Below, one piece after another: positions 17,892 to 27,752 of a stretch of DNA of 32,816 bases. The position numbers were made by a program, and so were the translations under genes. Position 1 is the stretch's first letter, and every line of letters starts with the position of its first letter. The DNA comes from an uncultured bacterium (GTDB lineage: Bacteria > SAR324 > NAC60-12): positions 1 to 32,816 of the forward strand of contig CAXGMD010000037.1 in NCBI GenBank assembly GCA_964010765.1. The letters run 5' to 3'. A model generated the notes under the pieces. It saw only the letters and a program-made list of their open reading frames with translations, did no database searches and was not told the DNA's origin.

Positions 17892-18347
17892 ATGTTGAAA
17901 AAACTCCTCCTCCTTGGCCTTCTGAGTTTCAGTAGTCTTGTAACGATTCTGGCCAACGAGTATCCCACCCAAACTCGCTGTGTTCTCTCTGAACGAGCCC
18001 AACTCTATTTGGCTCCCAGTGATAAAGGAATGGCTTGGCCCACACCACGCTACACTCCACTCCGGCATGTTGATACCAACGCTGATTGGCATTTGGTTGA
18101 AGATTTCGAAGGAGATCGCTTTTGGGTCCACAATCAGTACGTCACTGACAATGGCTTTTTAATCTGCGGGGTTTTGAAGACGATGGCCACAGCCTACAGC
18201 GGACCAGGGCCAGATCATGAACTAGTAGGCACGCTGCCTGCCTTAATGGGCCTACGCATTGTTGAATACACCTCTGGTTGGATTCATGGGGTCTCTTCCG
18301 ACGATCGAGAAGTTTGGGTACCAGAGGCAACTGTAAAAATATTCTGA
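17892..18347 (+). CDS. Exported protein with tandem bacterial SH3-like domains
   Basis: ATG 17892 after GAGGA; signal peptide MLKKLLLLGLLSF; DWHLVEDFEGDRFWVH and AYSGPGPDHELVGTL...GWIHG...VWV. Confidence 0.75.
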   Translation: MLKKLLLLGLLSFSSLVTILANEYPTQTRCVLSERAQLYLAPSDKGMAWPTPRYTPLRHVDTNADWHLVEDFEGDRFWVHNQYVTDNGFLICGVLKTMATAYSGPGPDHELVGTLPALMGLRIVEYTSGWIHGVSSDDREVWVPEATVKIF

Positions 18348-18364
18348 CTCAAATCATAGCCTGC

Positions 18365-19384
18365 TCAAAGCTTCTCGCGCAGCAGGCTCGCCACTCCCTC
18401 TACCCACTGAGGACTGCTATTGAGCGAGGGTACCATTTGTAAGTCCTCACCACCTGCCTCCTTGAAGTCCTCCACTGCTTCCATTCCAATTTCTTCCAGC
18501 GTCTCCAAGCAATCGGCTACAAAAGCTGGACAGAAGATCAGTAACCTCTTGATTCCCCGCTTGGGCATTTCTTCGATCACCTGATCTGTGTAAGGTTTAA
18601 GCCAAGGAGTACGTCCTAGCCTCGACTGGTAACTAATACTGTATTTCTCCTGAGGAATACCGAGCTTCTCTGCTAAGCGAGTCGCAGTACGATGACAATG
18701 GGCGCCATAGCACATCCGGTTCGCATCGCAAAGCGTTGCACAACAATCGGGCTGTTTGAGACAGTATTCACCTGTGTCATCACTTTTCTGTACGTGCCGC
18801 TCTGGTAGACCATGGAAGCTGAAAAGCACATGATCTGGTTGCTGCTCCCAATAAGGCCGACCGACAGCTGCAAAGGCCTCAATGAATCGTTCATCATCGT
18901 AGAAAGGTTCCATCAATTGTAGATGAGGCGTATTCCAATGCCTTGATGCTTCTCGGTAGGCTTCCTCCACCGCCGAGCCAGTTGAACTCGAAGCGTACTG
19001 TGGAAACAGCGGCAATACGAGAATCCGATCGCACCCTTCTTCACGCAACAGCTCAATTGCAGAACCAACTGAGGGATTCCCATAGCGCATTCCCAATACC
19101 ACCGGGGTTCCCAATTCTTGGAGGTGTTGTCGGACTCCTTCGGTCAACTGCTGTCCATACACCAGCAGTGGTGAGCCTTCTGGCATCCAGACCTTGCGAT
19201 AGGCCTTGGCTGAGCGCCGAGATCGAAATGGCAGAATGATCAGGTTCAGCAGCAACCAGCGCCCTAGTGGATTGATGTCTAAAACTCGTTCATCACTTAG
19301 GAACTGCTTGAGATAGCGACGGACTGCTCCGGATTCCGGGGCATCCGGAGTGCCTAGATTGATCAGCAGGACACCGGTTTTCAT
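18365..19384 (-). CDS. hemH: Ferrochelatase
   Basis: GVLLINLGTP, FLSDERV, GSPL, GMRYGNPS, LPLFPQYASSSTGS, LFSFHGLP, YQSRLG..PWLKPYT, FVADCLETLEEI. Confidence 0.97.
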   Translation of the reverse strand: MKTGVLLINLGTPDAPESGAVRRYLKQFLSDERVLDINPLGRWLLLNLIILPFRSRRSAKAYRKVWMPEGSPLLVYGQQLTEGVRQHLQELGTPVVLGMRYGNPSVGSAIELLREEGCDRILVLPLFPQYASSSTGSAVEEAYREASRHWNTPHLQLMEPFYDDERFIEAFAAVGRPYWEQQPDHVLFSFHGLPERHVQKSDDTGEYCLKQPDCCATLCDANRMCYGAHCHRTATRLAEKLGIPQEKYSISYQSRLGRTPWLKPYTDQVIEEMPKRGIKRLLIFCPAFVADCLETLEEIGMEAVEDFKEAGGEDLQMVPSLNSSPQWVEGVASLLREKL

Positions 19385-19401
19385 TACTGAGAATCTCCTT
19401 G

Positions 19402-19920
19402 CTATTCGATGGTCAGGGATGCAGCCAAGAACTCCGTCTGGAGTGGTGCACAGATCCGATTGTCACAGACTTGGTAAGCAAGCTGTGCACGTAATTCATC
19501 ATAACCAGACGGATGGTCGGGAGCAATGCGGATGCGTAGCCGGAGTTCCAGTCCATGCTGATGAACAGATAACTCCTGGGCAAAAGCTTCATCGTAAAAA
19601 CGAATTGGAGAGCTTTCCTGAAGGGGAGTGACGATTGCGTGACCAGAGAGGATAGTCAACGTGGTGGGTTCTGGGCCAAATTCACCAGCCGGTTTGATCG
19701 AGTAGATATGCCAACCTGCTGGAATGAAAACCTGAACCTGAAGCTCCGTTTCTGCGCCAGGAGTTATGATTTCAGGCACCAACACCGCTTGGATTTCCAG
19801 CTTTGGCAAGTCTGTTGTTGGAGAGCTTTCAAATAAAGCTGATAGCGAGGAACTTTGACTCCAGACTGAAGAAACTCCCCAAAGCAGACACCCCAGGCTA
19901 CAGGCGAGTAGCTTCCGCAT
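19402..19920 (-). CDS. Exported stand-alone DsbD N-terminal (Ig-like thiol-redox) domain protein
   Basis: Signal peptide, IPAGWHIYS, LAYQVCDNRICAP Cys pair. Confidence 0.8.
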   Translation of the reverse strand: MRKLLACSLGCLLWGVSSVWSQSSSLSALFESSPTTDLPKLEIQAVLVPEIITPGAETELQVQVFIPAGWHIYSIKPAGEFGPEPTTLTILSGHAIVTPLQESSPIRFYDEAFAQELSVHQHGLELRLRIRIAPDHPSGYDELRAQLAYQVCDNRICAPLQTEFLAASLTIE

Positions 19921-21821
19921 TAGGGTTCGGTTGTCCGAAACACAGGGTCAACCACCTCAATCATCGCAGTTGAGCGCAATGCTTCAATCTGCTTGGTCTC
20001 AATAGCTCGCTGCAATTCCAGACGCAGATTTGTCCGGATTCTTTCGCGAGCTGTGTCCGGATCCTCCACATCCACGAATCGTCGATTGAAGACGATCAGG
20101 TCTGTGCGACCCTCATAAACACTAACAGCCGCTGGGTTGGAATCATCCAGTTTCAGGCTCAGTTTGCGGAACTCTGGGTTGTCTCCAATTTCTGGAAGAA
20201 ACCGTGTTGAAGCATTGAAGGCAATCGTAGCAACTTCTAACTCGAGTTCTTCAGCAATCCGCTCCAGTGCGGTGGGCTCACCCTGCAATTCTGTCAACCA
20301 ACCTGCTCCTTTTTGCTGGGCCAATTCACGAGCGAGCTTCTCTTGAACTTGATTGGTTGCTATCTCACGGACTTCCTCAAAAGGTCGAGCTTGTGAATCC
20401 TGCTTCTCCTGAATCTGGTAAAACACGTAGCCTTGAAGAGGATTACGAGTCCATACCTCGTGATCTTTTGGCTGCAGCTCACTGGCCTGTTGAGCCAATC
20501 CTTGAACGGATCCTAGATCGTCTGGTGTGCTGCTGCTATCCAACCATTCACTCTCCTGAGCAGTTTTCCCATATTGAGAAGCCCAGTCACTAATTGATTT
20601 TTCATTAAAAGTTGCCCTAAAGGTATCTCTGGCTTCTTCTAATTCTCGCTGAGCCATTTCCTCTGCCAGGATTGCCACAATTTCCTCACGGACTTCTTCG
20701 ATCGGCTGTTGACCTCCTTCACGACGTTCTTCCACTTTGATCAAATGAAGACCAAAGGGAGATTCAACGATATCGCTCATTTCACCTGGTTGTAGTCCAA
20801 AGGCAGCACTTTCGAATGCTGGAACCATCTCACCGGGCTTGAACCAACCGAGGTCTCCTCCTTTTTCCTTGGTCATATCTTGAGAGACCTCTTTCGCCTC
20901 TTCTGCGAAGTCTGCTCCGGCCACAATACGCTCACGTACCTCCTGCAGTTGTTCACGCCGTTCGGCTTTGGCCGCATCATCGGCATCACCAGGCACGCGA
21001 AGCAGGATATGCCGGGCACGCACTTCTGGTGGGGTCGTGTACGTTTCAATGTTTCGCTCATAGTAGCGACGTACGGCTCGTTCACGAACATCTTCTAACT
21101 TCGTCAGATCGTTGATCCCCAAAGTAAAGTAAGCCAAACGGTAACGTGGCAATGTCTGGAATTCATCAGGATTTTCTTGATAATATTGCTGAGCCTGCTC
21201 CTCGCTAACACTCACCTCGTCCAGAAAGACCTGCGGCAAGAGTTGCAGTGTTCGCACTTCCAACTTTTCATTCTGAAGTTGGAATCGTTGCTCTACATCT
21301 TTCTCGCTGATGATAATCCCAGCTGTCAGCAACTGCTGTTTTTTCTGGAGGAGCAGGTCTAAACGTATGGATTCTTCGTAATCTTCCGTAGGTAGTCGGT
21401 TTTGACTGAGCAGAGTTTCGTAAGTTTCAAAGTCAAATTGACCATTTTTCTGAAAATATGGTTGCTGACGGATGTATTCCTGCACCTCCAAATCTGTGGC
21501 ACGCAGATTGAGACTCTCGGCCATGTTGAGTAGCAACTGTCGATCGATCAGTTGCTGGAATACCTGCTGTCGCAAATTTACCTGTTGAGCAATCTGGTCA
21601 GCATTTTCTCCCAGCCGCTGACGTAACGACTCGAGTTGCTGACCATACATGCGCTGGAAGTCTCGTTGCAGAATCTCCGTTTCATCGACTCGGGCGATCA
21701 CTTCCTTACGGTCGCCAAAAAAAGAGCCCATTCCAAAGGAAATGACAAAGGTGACACTGATGAAACCCAGCAACAGCTTGAACAGAAAACTGTCGGTGTA
21801 TTTGCGCAAGTCCTGAATCAT
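19920..21821 (-). CDS. ppiD: PpiD-like periplasmic chaperone (SurA N-terminal plus parvulin domain)
   Basis: ATG 21821 MIQDLRK, N-terminal TM, QLIDRQLL, FQKNGQFDFETY, EVRARHIL, KGGDLGWF..GEMVPAFE, VESPFGLHLIKV. Confidence 0.85.
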   Translation of the reverse strand: MIQDLRKYTDSFLFKLLLGFISVTFVISFGMGSFFGDRKEVIARVDETEILQRDFQRMYGQQLESLRQRLGENADQIAQQVNLRQQVFQQLIDRQLLLNMAESLNLRATDLEVQEYIRQQPYFQKNGQFDFETYETLLSQNRLPTEDYEESIRLDLLLQKKQQLLTAGIIISEKDVEQRFQLQNEKLEVRTLQLLPQVFLDEVSVSEEQAQQYYQENPDEFQTLPRYRLAYFTLGINDLTKLEDVRERAVRRYYERNIETYTTPPEVRARHILLRVPGDADDAAKAERREQLQEVRERIVAGADFAEEAKEVSQDMTKEKGGDLGWFKPGEMVPAFESAAFGLQPGEMSDIVESPFGLHLIKVEERREGGQQPIEEVREEIVAILAEEMAQRELEEARDTFRATFNEKSISDWASQYGKTAQESEWLDSSSTPDDLGSVQGLAQQASELQPKDHEVWTRNPLQGYVFYQIQEKQDSQARPFEEVREIATNQVQEKLARELAQQKGAGWLTELQGEPTALERIAEELELEVATIAFNASTRFLPEIGDNPEFRKLSLKLDDSNPAAVSVYEGRTDLIVFNRRFVDVEDPDTARERIRTNLRLELQRAIETKQIEALRSTAMIEVVDPVFRTTEP

Positions 21822-21986
21822 AATTACCGAGAAGTACAGAAGAGAGAGTTGGAGCAAAAAACTGACAATTACAGTCAACTTCAGCTTTGTTTGCAAGCCG
21901 AAAGCCGGACACAGGCTCTGCTAGCAACCGACTTTCATCTTGTTTTCTCCAGATAGCCTTTTTATCGTCATTTGATTTTGCAGCCT

Positions 21987-23099
21987 ATGCTGGATCGTCG
22001 CCTATTTGCAAACTTCGACTGGGTACTGTTGAGTATCGTACTCATGCTCTGTGCTGTAGGTATTGTAGCGATGTACTCTGCTACGATGGGAAGCCCACAA
22101 CTCGGTCGTTTTTTGCCAAGACAAGTCATTTGGATGGGGTTAGGACTAGCCCTAGCGCTAACAGCAACGGTAATCGACTACCGAATCTGGGCGCAGTTCG
22201 GGCCATTCCTTCATCTTGGCGCGATCTTTCTACTAATATTGGTACTGTTTATCGGCACAGGTGGGCCTGGTTCACCAGTAGAGCGTTGGTTACAGGTTGG
22301 GCCCATATTCTTGCAACCCTCGGAGTTTGCCAAGCTGACTCTTGTGCTCTCCTTGGCGCACTACTTTCGGGAAGGCCAACGTATCGGCAGATTAGGTATC
22401 AAGGAACTCATCTGGCCCAGCTTGTTGATGCTAGTTCCCTTGCTGCTGATCCTCAGACAGCCTGACCTAGGTACAGCTCTGTTGCTGCTGATAGTCTTTA
22501 TGCCGATGATCTTTCTAGCTGGGCTCAAACTGTGGGTGCTACTCGCATCCATCGTGCTGGGACTCTGTTCTCTACCGATTGCGTGGCATTTCGTGCTCAA
22601 GCCCTATCAACAGGAAAGAGTACTGACCTTTCTGGATCCAACCCGCGATCCATTAGGAGCTGGCTATCACATCATCCAATCAAAGATCGCTGTCGGTAAT
22701 GGGGGAATCTGGGGTCAAGGTGTTGGGGGTGGAACTCAGGGACAGCTAAACTTTTTGCCAGCTCACCACACAGATTTTATTTTCTCTGTGTTTGCAGAAG
22801 AATGGGGCTTTGTAGGAACTCTGACAGTCCTACTGCTGTTCATGGCATTGATCTTCTGGTCACTTGGGCACATTCTCAATACTCAGGATCGGGTCAGTGC
22901 GATGCTGACTGTCGGCGTGGTCACGATTCTGACCTCGCATGTACTGATCAACATCGGCATGACCATCGGACTCATGCCTGTTGTCGGAGTACCTCTGCCC
23001 TTCTTCAGTTATGGCGGCTCAGCAATGCTCTCGCAAATGTTTGGCATCGGCTTACTCCTCAATGTTCGGATGCGGCGTTTTCGCACCGATGAACTCTGA
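21987..23099 (+). CDS. rodA: Rod shape-determining SEDS glycosyltransferase RodA
   Basis: MLDRRLFANFDW, LQPSEFAK, QPDLGTA, LKPYQQERV..FLDP..DPLGAGYHIIQSKIAVG, FLPAHHTDFIF, GVPLPFFSYGGS. Confidence 0.95.
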   Translation: MLDRRLFANFDWVLLSIVLMLCAVGIVAMYSATMGSPQLGRFLPRQVIWMGLGLALALTATVIDYRIWAQFGPFLHLGAIFLLILVLFIGTGGPGSPVERWLQVGPIFLQPSEFAKLTLVLSLAHYFREGQRIGRLGIKELIWPSLLMLVPLLLILRQPDLGTALLLLIVFMPMIFLAGLKLWVLLASIVLGLCSLPIAWHFVLKPYQQERVLTFLDPTRDPLGAGYHIIQSKIAVGNGGIWGQGVGGGTQGQLNFLPAHHTDFIFSVFAEEWGFVGTLTVLLLFMALIFWSLGHILNTQDRVSAMLTVGVVTILTSHVLINIGMTIGLMPVVGVPLPFFSYGGSAMLSQMFGIGLLLNVRMRRFRTDEL

Positions 23100-23122
23100 A
23101 AATCTTCAATATTGCCTGCTGC

Positions 23123-24568
23123 ATGGTTCGACTCCGCTTTGCCCCTAGTCCGACTGGTTACTTACACGTTGGTGGCCTGCGTACCGCACTCTTCAGTTTT
23201 CTCTATGCCCAACAGCAAGGTGGACGTTTTGTGTTTCGCCTTGAAGATACCGATCAGCAACGACTGGTGGAGGGATCCGAACAAGACCTTCTGCAAATGC
23301 TACAATGGGCTGGTGTGAACTGTGACGAAGGCCCCAATATTGGGGGTGAATATGGTCCCTATCGTCAGTCAGAGCGACTCATACTCTACCAAGATCATCT
23401 ACAGATCCTGATGGATTCTGGTCATGCCTACCCTTGCTTCTGCACGCAGGAACGTCTAGACAACCTTAAGCAACAGCAGAAAGCCCAAGGTCTGAATCCC
23501 AAGTACGATGGATACTGTCGAGCACTGAAGGCTAAGGAAGTACAGCAGCGCCGAGCAGATGGTGAAGCGTATGTCATTCGGATGCGGATTCCAGACGACG
23601 GAGAAAAGATCCTGATTGATGACCTAATTCGTGGGCATGTCAGTATTGACAGCAGTCAACTAGACGATCAGGTACTGCTCAAGTCTGATGGATTTCCTAC
23701 CTACCACCTAGCCTGTGTGGTTGACGATCATCTGATGAAGATCACTCATGTAGTTCGTGGGGAGGAGTGGCTCCCTTCCTTTCCCAAACACATTCTGCTT
23801 TATCGCTACTTCGGCTGGGAACCACCGCGTTTTGCGCATCTTCCATTGATTCTAAACCCTGATCGTTCCAAGCTCAGCAAACGACAAGGTGATGTAGCCG
23901 TTGAAGATTTCAAGGCTCAGGGCTATGTTGCCGAAGCGCTGGTCAACTTCATTGCTTTGTTGGGATGGAACACTTCTGATAACCAAGAACTGTTCTCAAT
24001 GTCTGAATTGATCGAAAAATTCAGCTTTGAACGAGTTGGGAAGGCTGGAGCTGTCTTTGATCGCAACAAACTGGACTGGATGAATCAGCAGTATCTGCAG
24101 CGTCTGGAGTTGGATGACCTGATGCAACGTCTGCAACCTTGGTTGGCCAACTCACGTTATTCGAGAGCAGATCCAGAATTTCTACGGAGGGCAATTCAGA
24201 TCATTCAGCCAAGACTAGTTACTTTGCCCGAAGTACTGGACAAACTAGCGATCTTCTTTGAGGATAAGCCTCAACTTGAACAACCAGAGTTGATCGATTA
24301 CCTGCACCAACCAACAGCCCAAACTGTGTTGGGTGCTTTTCAAAACGCCCTGGTTGATGCTGAGACTTGGGATGAAAGCAACTTCAAGCAATTGGTTAAA
24401 GAAATTCAGAAAAGTACCGGGATTAAGGGCAAGGATCTTTGGACTCCGCTGCGCTACGCGATTACGTTGGAAGAGCACGGTCCAGATCTCAGCATGATGG
24501 CTGCGCTCTTCGGCAAGGAAAAATGTCAACAGCTTATCGAAAATGCGTTAGCTCTCACAACTTCCTGA
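23123..24568 (+). CDS. gltX: Glutamate--tRNA ligase
   Basis: RFAPSPTGYLHVGG (HIGH), RLEDTD, PTYHLACVVDDHLM, KLSKR (KMSKS), full anticodon-binding domain. Confidence 0.97.
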   Translation: MVRLRFAPSPTGYLHVGGLRTALFSFLYAQQQGGRFVFRLEDTDQQRLVEGSEQDLLQMLQWAGVNCDEGPNIGGEYGPYRQSERLILYQDHLQILMDSGHAYPCFCTQERLDNLKQQQKAQGLNPKYDGYCRALKAKEVQQRRADGEAYVIRMRIPDDGEKILIDDLIRGHVSIDSSQLDDQVLLKSDGFPTYHLACVVDDHLMKITHVVRGEEWLPSFPKHILLYRYFGWEPPRFAHLPLILNPDRSKLSKRQGDVAVEDFKAQGYVAEALVNFIALLGWNTSDNQELFSMSELIEKFSFERVGKAGAVFDRNKLDWMNQQYLQRLELDDLMQRLQPWLANSRYSRADPEFLRRAIQIIQPRLVTLPEVLDKLAIFFEDKPQLEQPELIDYLHQPTAQTVLGAFQNALVDAETWDESNFKQLVKEIQKSTGIKGKDLWTPLRYAITLEEHGPDLSMMAALFGKEKCQQLIENALALTTS

Positions 24569-24576
24569 AGCGATTG

Positions 24577-26412
24577 ATGCGAAAATTTCTTCTGCTCAGT
24601 TGTCTATTCTTCTTCCTGGGTCAAATCTCTTTTGCCCAACCTACAGAAGGGCTACCCACTGAATGGGATGGCTTTCGGGAACGCTTATTAACACTTGCTC
24701 TGGACCCAAGCGTGTTGGCTCCTGTGCTGGCTATTGTGCCCGCTCCACCAGCAGGTTCAGAAGAAGTCACTGAGATCTCCCGCCAACTACAGCAACTTCT
24801 ATTTCTTGGCCTAAGTCCCGATCTTCCTCGTCAACTCATTCATCCCCCTCAGTTGCAGCGCATTCTAGATGATTGGAATGGCAGCTTGCGTCTGCAAAGT
24901 CGACCATTGACCAATCGTGAGCTTGCTGGGCTTGCGGGGGCCGATTGGCTACTAGAAGGCCAATACAACCAGACCCAGGACGGAGTTCAAGTTGATTTGG
25001 AATTGCAGGAATTACTGACCAATCGTGTGCTGCTACGCGAACTGCTAACCTGGCCAATCAGTGTATTCAAAACTCCCCAAGCTCCAGAAGCTGCTGACGT
25101 CAAGTCACCCGCTGAAAGTACAGAAATCACCCCTCCTTCTGAGGAAAAAAACACTGCTGAAACGGAAACAGCCGTCTCTAAAGACACTTCTACCACAAGC
25201 ACAACAAACGAGACAGCAACCGATAGTGAAAGTGCAACTACTCCCTCAGCTACTGTGGCAATCCCCACAACACCAGGCCTTGCTTCATTACCGACCGGTG
25301 AAGTAAGCGAACAAGAAAGCCTCCCAGATGAACCTACCCCAGTAATTCCTGAACCAGATACTACCGCCAATACCAGCGAAGTAGTGCAGCCCAAAGTCTC
25401 TCCTGCTGTAGATGATCAGGAAGGTATTGGAGAGGAAACTACAGAATCCCAATCAACCACGGTTGATGATGAAGAGGCAATCACTCCAACAGTAGACCCA
25501 CTCAACGAGGTTGATGATTCACAGGACACAGAAACAGTGGCAATGATAGCCCCATCAACCGAAGCCACAGAGGCAGAACCTAAGGATTCTGTTGAAATAG
25601 AAATGACTACGGAGAATGCTGCAGCAGATAACAATAATTTTGATTCAAAATATATTCTATCATTACCAGAAATTTCTACTGAGCCTGATTCTGCTACAGC
25701 ACTAGTAATCCCGAAGGGTAGTAGTGATCGTCCGGGAATGGCTTTGCTCGATGGAGGCTCGTTTCAGATGGGGAGTTTGGAAGGGGAAGACGATGAATGG
25801 CCAATTCGCCAAATCGAATTAGCACCATTCTATCTGGATGTGCATGAAGTCACGAACGCAGATTACGCTCAGTGCCGCGAATGCGTGCGTGGTTATGGAG
25901 GCTTCGACACAACCCTGCCAGAACAACCAGCAGTCTATGTGGATTGGGAAAACAGCGCGCGTTACTGTGCTTCCATCGGCAAGCGACTTCCTACCGAAGC
26001 TGAATGGGAGTACGCCACTCAAGCCGGTAGTGTTGTGGAGAACTCCGACTCTGTTCTCGCTGAACTGAGAGATCAGGCCTGGTTTGAAATGACCTCGCAA
26101 AACCTCCGTTCCGCAGCTGTGGTTGGGCAACGACAACCCAATGCTTGGGGTCTCTATGATCTGCGAGGGAATGTCATGGAATGGACTGCTGATTGGTATG
26201 CTCCCTACGACCAAGCGAAACTACAGAATCCAAAAGGACCGGAAGCACCATCGAATCCAACTTACCCACAGAAAGTGGCACGTGGAGGAGCTTGGCAGGG
26301 CTTATTTGGGTGGGCCACTGAAGCTGGCTTGCGCAGTAGCCGTCGTTACGGCTTAGCAGCCTGGACTCAGGCTTTCAACTTGGGATTTCGCTGTGCTGCA
26401 GATGCTTTGTGA
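24577..26412 (+). CDS. Exported protein: N-terminal alpha/beta domain, long acidic linker, C-terminal FGE-sulfatase (SUMF1-like) domain
   Basis: ATG 24577 signal peptide MRKFLLLSCLFFFLGQISFA; GGSFQMGS, EVTN, KRLPTEAEWEY, PNAWGLYDLRGNVMEW, RGGAW, GFRC. Confidence 0.85.
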   Translation: MRKFLLLSCLFFFLGQISFAQPTEGLPTEWDGFRERLLTLALDPSVLAPVLAIVPAPPAGSEEVTEISRQLQQLLFLGLSPDLPRQLIHPPQLQRILDDWNGSLRLQSRPLTNRELAGLAGADWLLEGQYNQTQDGVQVDLELQELLTNRVLLRELLTWPISVFKTPQAPEAADVKSPAESTEITPPSEEKNTAETETAVSKDTSTTSTTNETATDSESATTPSATVAIPTTPGLASLPTGEVSEQESLPDEPTPVIPEPDTTANTSEVVQPKVSPAVDDQEGIGEETTESQSTTVDDEEAITPTVDPLNEVDDSQDTETVAMIAPSTEATEAEPKDSVEIEMTTENAAADNNNFDSKYILSLPEISTEPDSATALVIPKGSSDRPGMALLDGGSFQMGSLEGEDDEWPIRQIELAPFYLDVHEVTNADYAQCRECVRGYGGFDTTLPEQPAVYVDWENSARYCASIGKRLPTEAEWEYATQAGSVVENSDSVLAELRDQAWFEMTSQNLRSAAVVGQRQPNAWGLYDLRGNVMEWTADWYAPYDQAKLQNPKGPEAPSNPTYPQKVARGGAWQGLFGWATEAGLRSSRRYGLAAWTQAFNLGFRCAADAL

Positions 26413-27669
26413 TCAGGAAAACAGCGAGTCTGTAAACTGCTTGGCATCATAGGGACGCAAGTCTTCGATGCCTTCTCCTACACCGATGTAGCGAACAGGA
26501 ATGTCAAATTCGTTGACAATCCCGATAATGACTCCGCCCTTGGCTGTTCCATCCAGTTTGGTCATCACAATCCCTGTCAAATCTGCGGCTTCACGGAACT
26601 CACGGGCCTGAAAGACAGCATTCTGTCCCGTAGTCGCATCCAGCACAAGCAACACCTCGTGAGGTGCATCCGGTATAACCTTCCGAATCACCCGCACCAT
26701 CTTACGCAGTTCCTCCATCAAATTCTTCTTGGTATGCAGTCTTCCTGCGGTATCGCAGATGACAACGTCATACTCCTCACGAACTGCCTTCTCGACGGCT
26801 TCATACATCACCGAAGAGGGATCCGCCCCTTGGCTCTTGGCGATAATGTCACAATCGGCGCGACGGCTCCATTCAGTCAGCTGCTCAATGGCAGCGGCAC
26901 GAAAGGTATCTCCAGCCCCCATTAGTACACGATGTCCATCTCGGCGATACTGAGCAGCGATTTTGCCAATCGTTGTGGTCTTGCCCACACCATTGACTCC
27001 GACAAACATCAACACCAAGGGTTTACGATCTGTAACTGTGGGAATTGGCACTTCCTTGTGAAGAATACGCACGATCTCCTCCTTAATCACTTCTCGTAAA
27101 GCATCCACATCACGTAGTTCCTGACGTTCAACTCGAGAAGTCACCACTTCCAGAATCTGTTCAGTAGTCTCCGGTCCAATATCGGCTCCCAACAGGGCTT
27201 CTTCCAAGCTGTCCAAGACCTCTTCATCAATTTCTTTCTTTCCAAGCAGGGCATTGCTTAGCCCACCGAGCATCTGTTCACGGGTCTTACTGATCCCGGA
27301 GCGAAGCTTTTCGTAAAAGTTCTGAGGTTCTGGTGTTAGTGCTGGAGCTTCTGGGATTGCTTCCCCAAAGCGTTTAGTCAGCGTACGCTGCTGTCGAAGT
27401 TCTTCCTGCTTGCGTGTGATTTCCTCTTGAAGGGCTTCGTTCTGGTGTTGCAGTCGATCAAGCCGGACTTCCCGTTGTTTTCGTTCTCGGGCTTCTTCTT
27501 CCTGTTGGCGCTGCTTTTCTAACTCTGCCAGGTGCAGTTCTGCCTGTTGTGGAGTCAGCTTTTCACTGACCTCACCAAGCTGACCACCAGTCCACAAGAA
27601 CAGCAATCCCGCTACCAAGGCACCGCTACCAAACACCGTGAAAACAAACCAGATAACCGAGAAAATCAT
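26413..27669 (-). CDS. ftsY: SRP receptor FtsY with N-terminal hydrophobic segment
   Basis: LEEALLGADIG, VGVNGVGKTTTIGK, DTFRAAA, DTAGRL, LDATTGQN, TKLDGTAKGG, IGVGE; ATG at 27669 preferred. Confidence 0.96.
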   Translation of the reverse strand: MIFSVIWFVFTVFGSGALVAGLLFLWTGGQLGEVSEKLTPQQAELHLAELEKQRQQEEEARERKQREVRLDRLQHQNEALQEEITRKQEELRQQRTLTKRFGEAIPEAPALTPEPQNFYEKLRSGISKTREQMLGGLSNALLGKKEIDEEVLDSLEEALLGADIGPETTEQILEVVTSRVERQELRDVDALREVIKEEIVRILHKEVPIPTVTDRKPLVLMFVGVNGVGKTTTIGKIAAQYRRDGHRVLMGAGDTFRAAAIEQLTEWSRRADCDIIAKSQGADPSSVMYEAVEKAVREEYDVVICDTAGRLHTKKNLMEELRKMVRVIRKVIPDAPHEVLLVLDATTGQNAVFQAREFREAADLTGIVMTKLDGTAKGGVIIGIVNEFDIPVRYIGVGEGIEDLRPYDAKQFTDSLFS

Positions 27670-27702
27670 AGTGATTATTGACAAGCAAAAATTGAAAGAT
27701 TT

Positions 27703-27730
27703 ACTGAACCTGTCTATTTCACAGGTCAGT
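27703..27730 (-). terminator. Hairpin between the hypothetical gene and ftsY
   Basis: Minus strand ACTGACCTGT-N7-ACAGGTTCAGT (one bulge) followed by an A/T-rich tract. Confidence 0.4.
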
Positions 27731-27752
27731 GATCGAACAAGCAATCGTTGAA

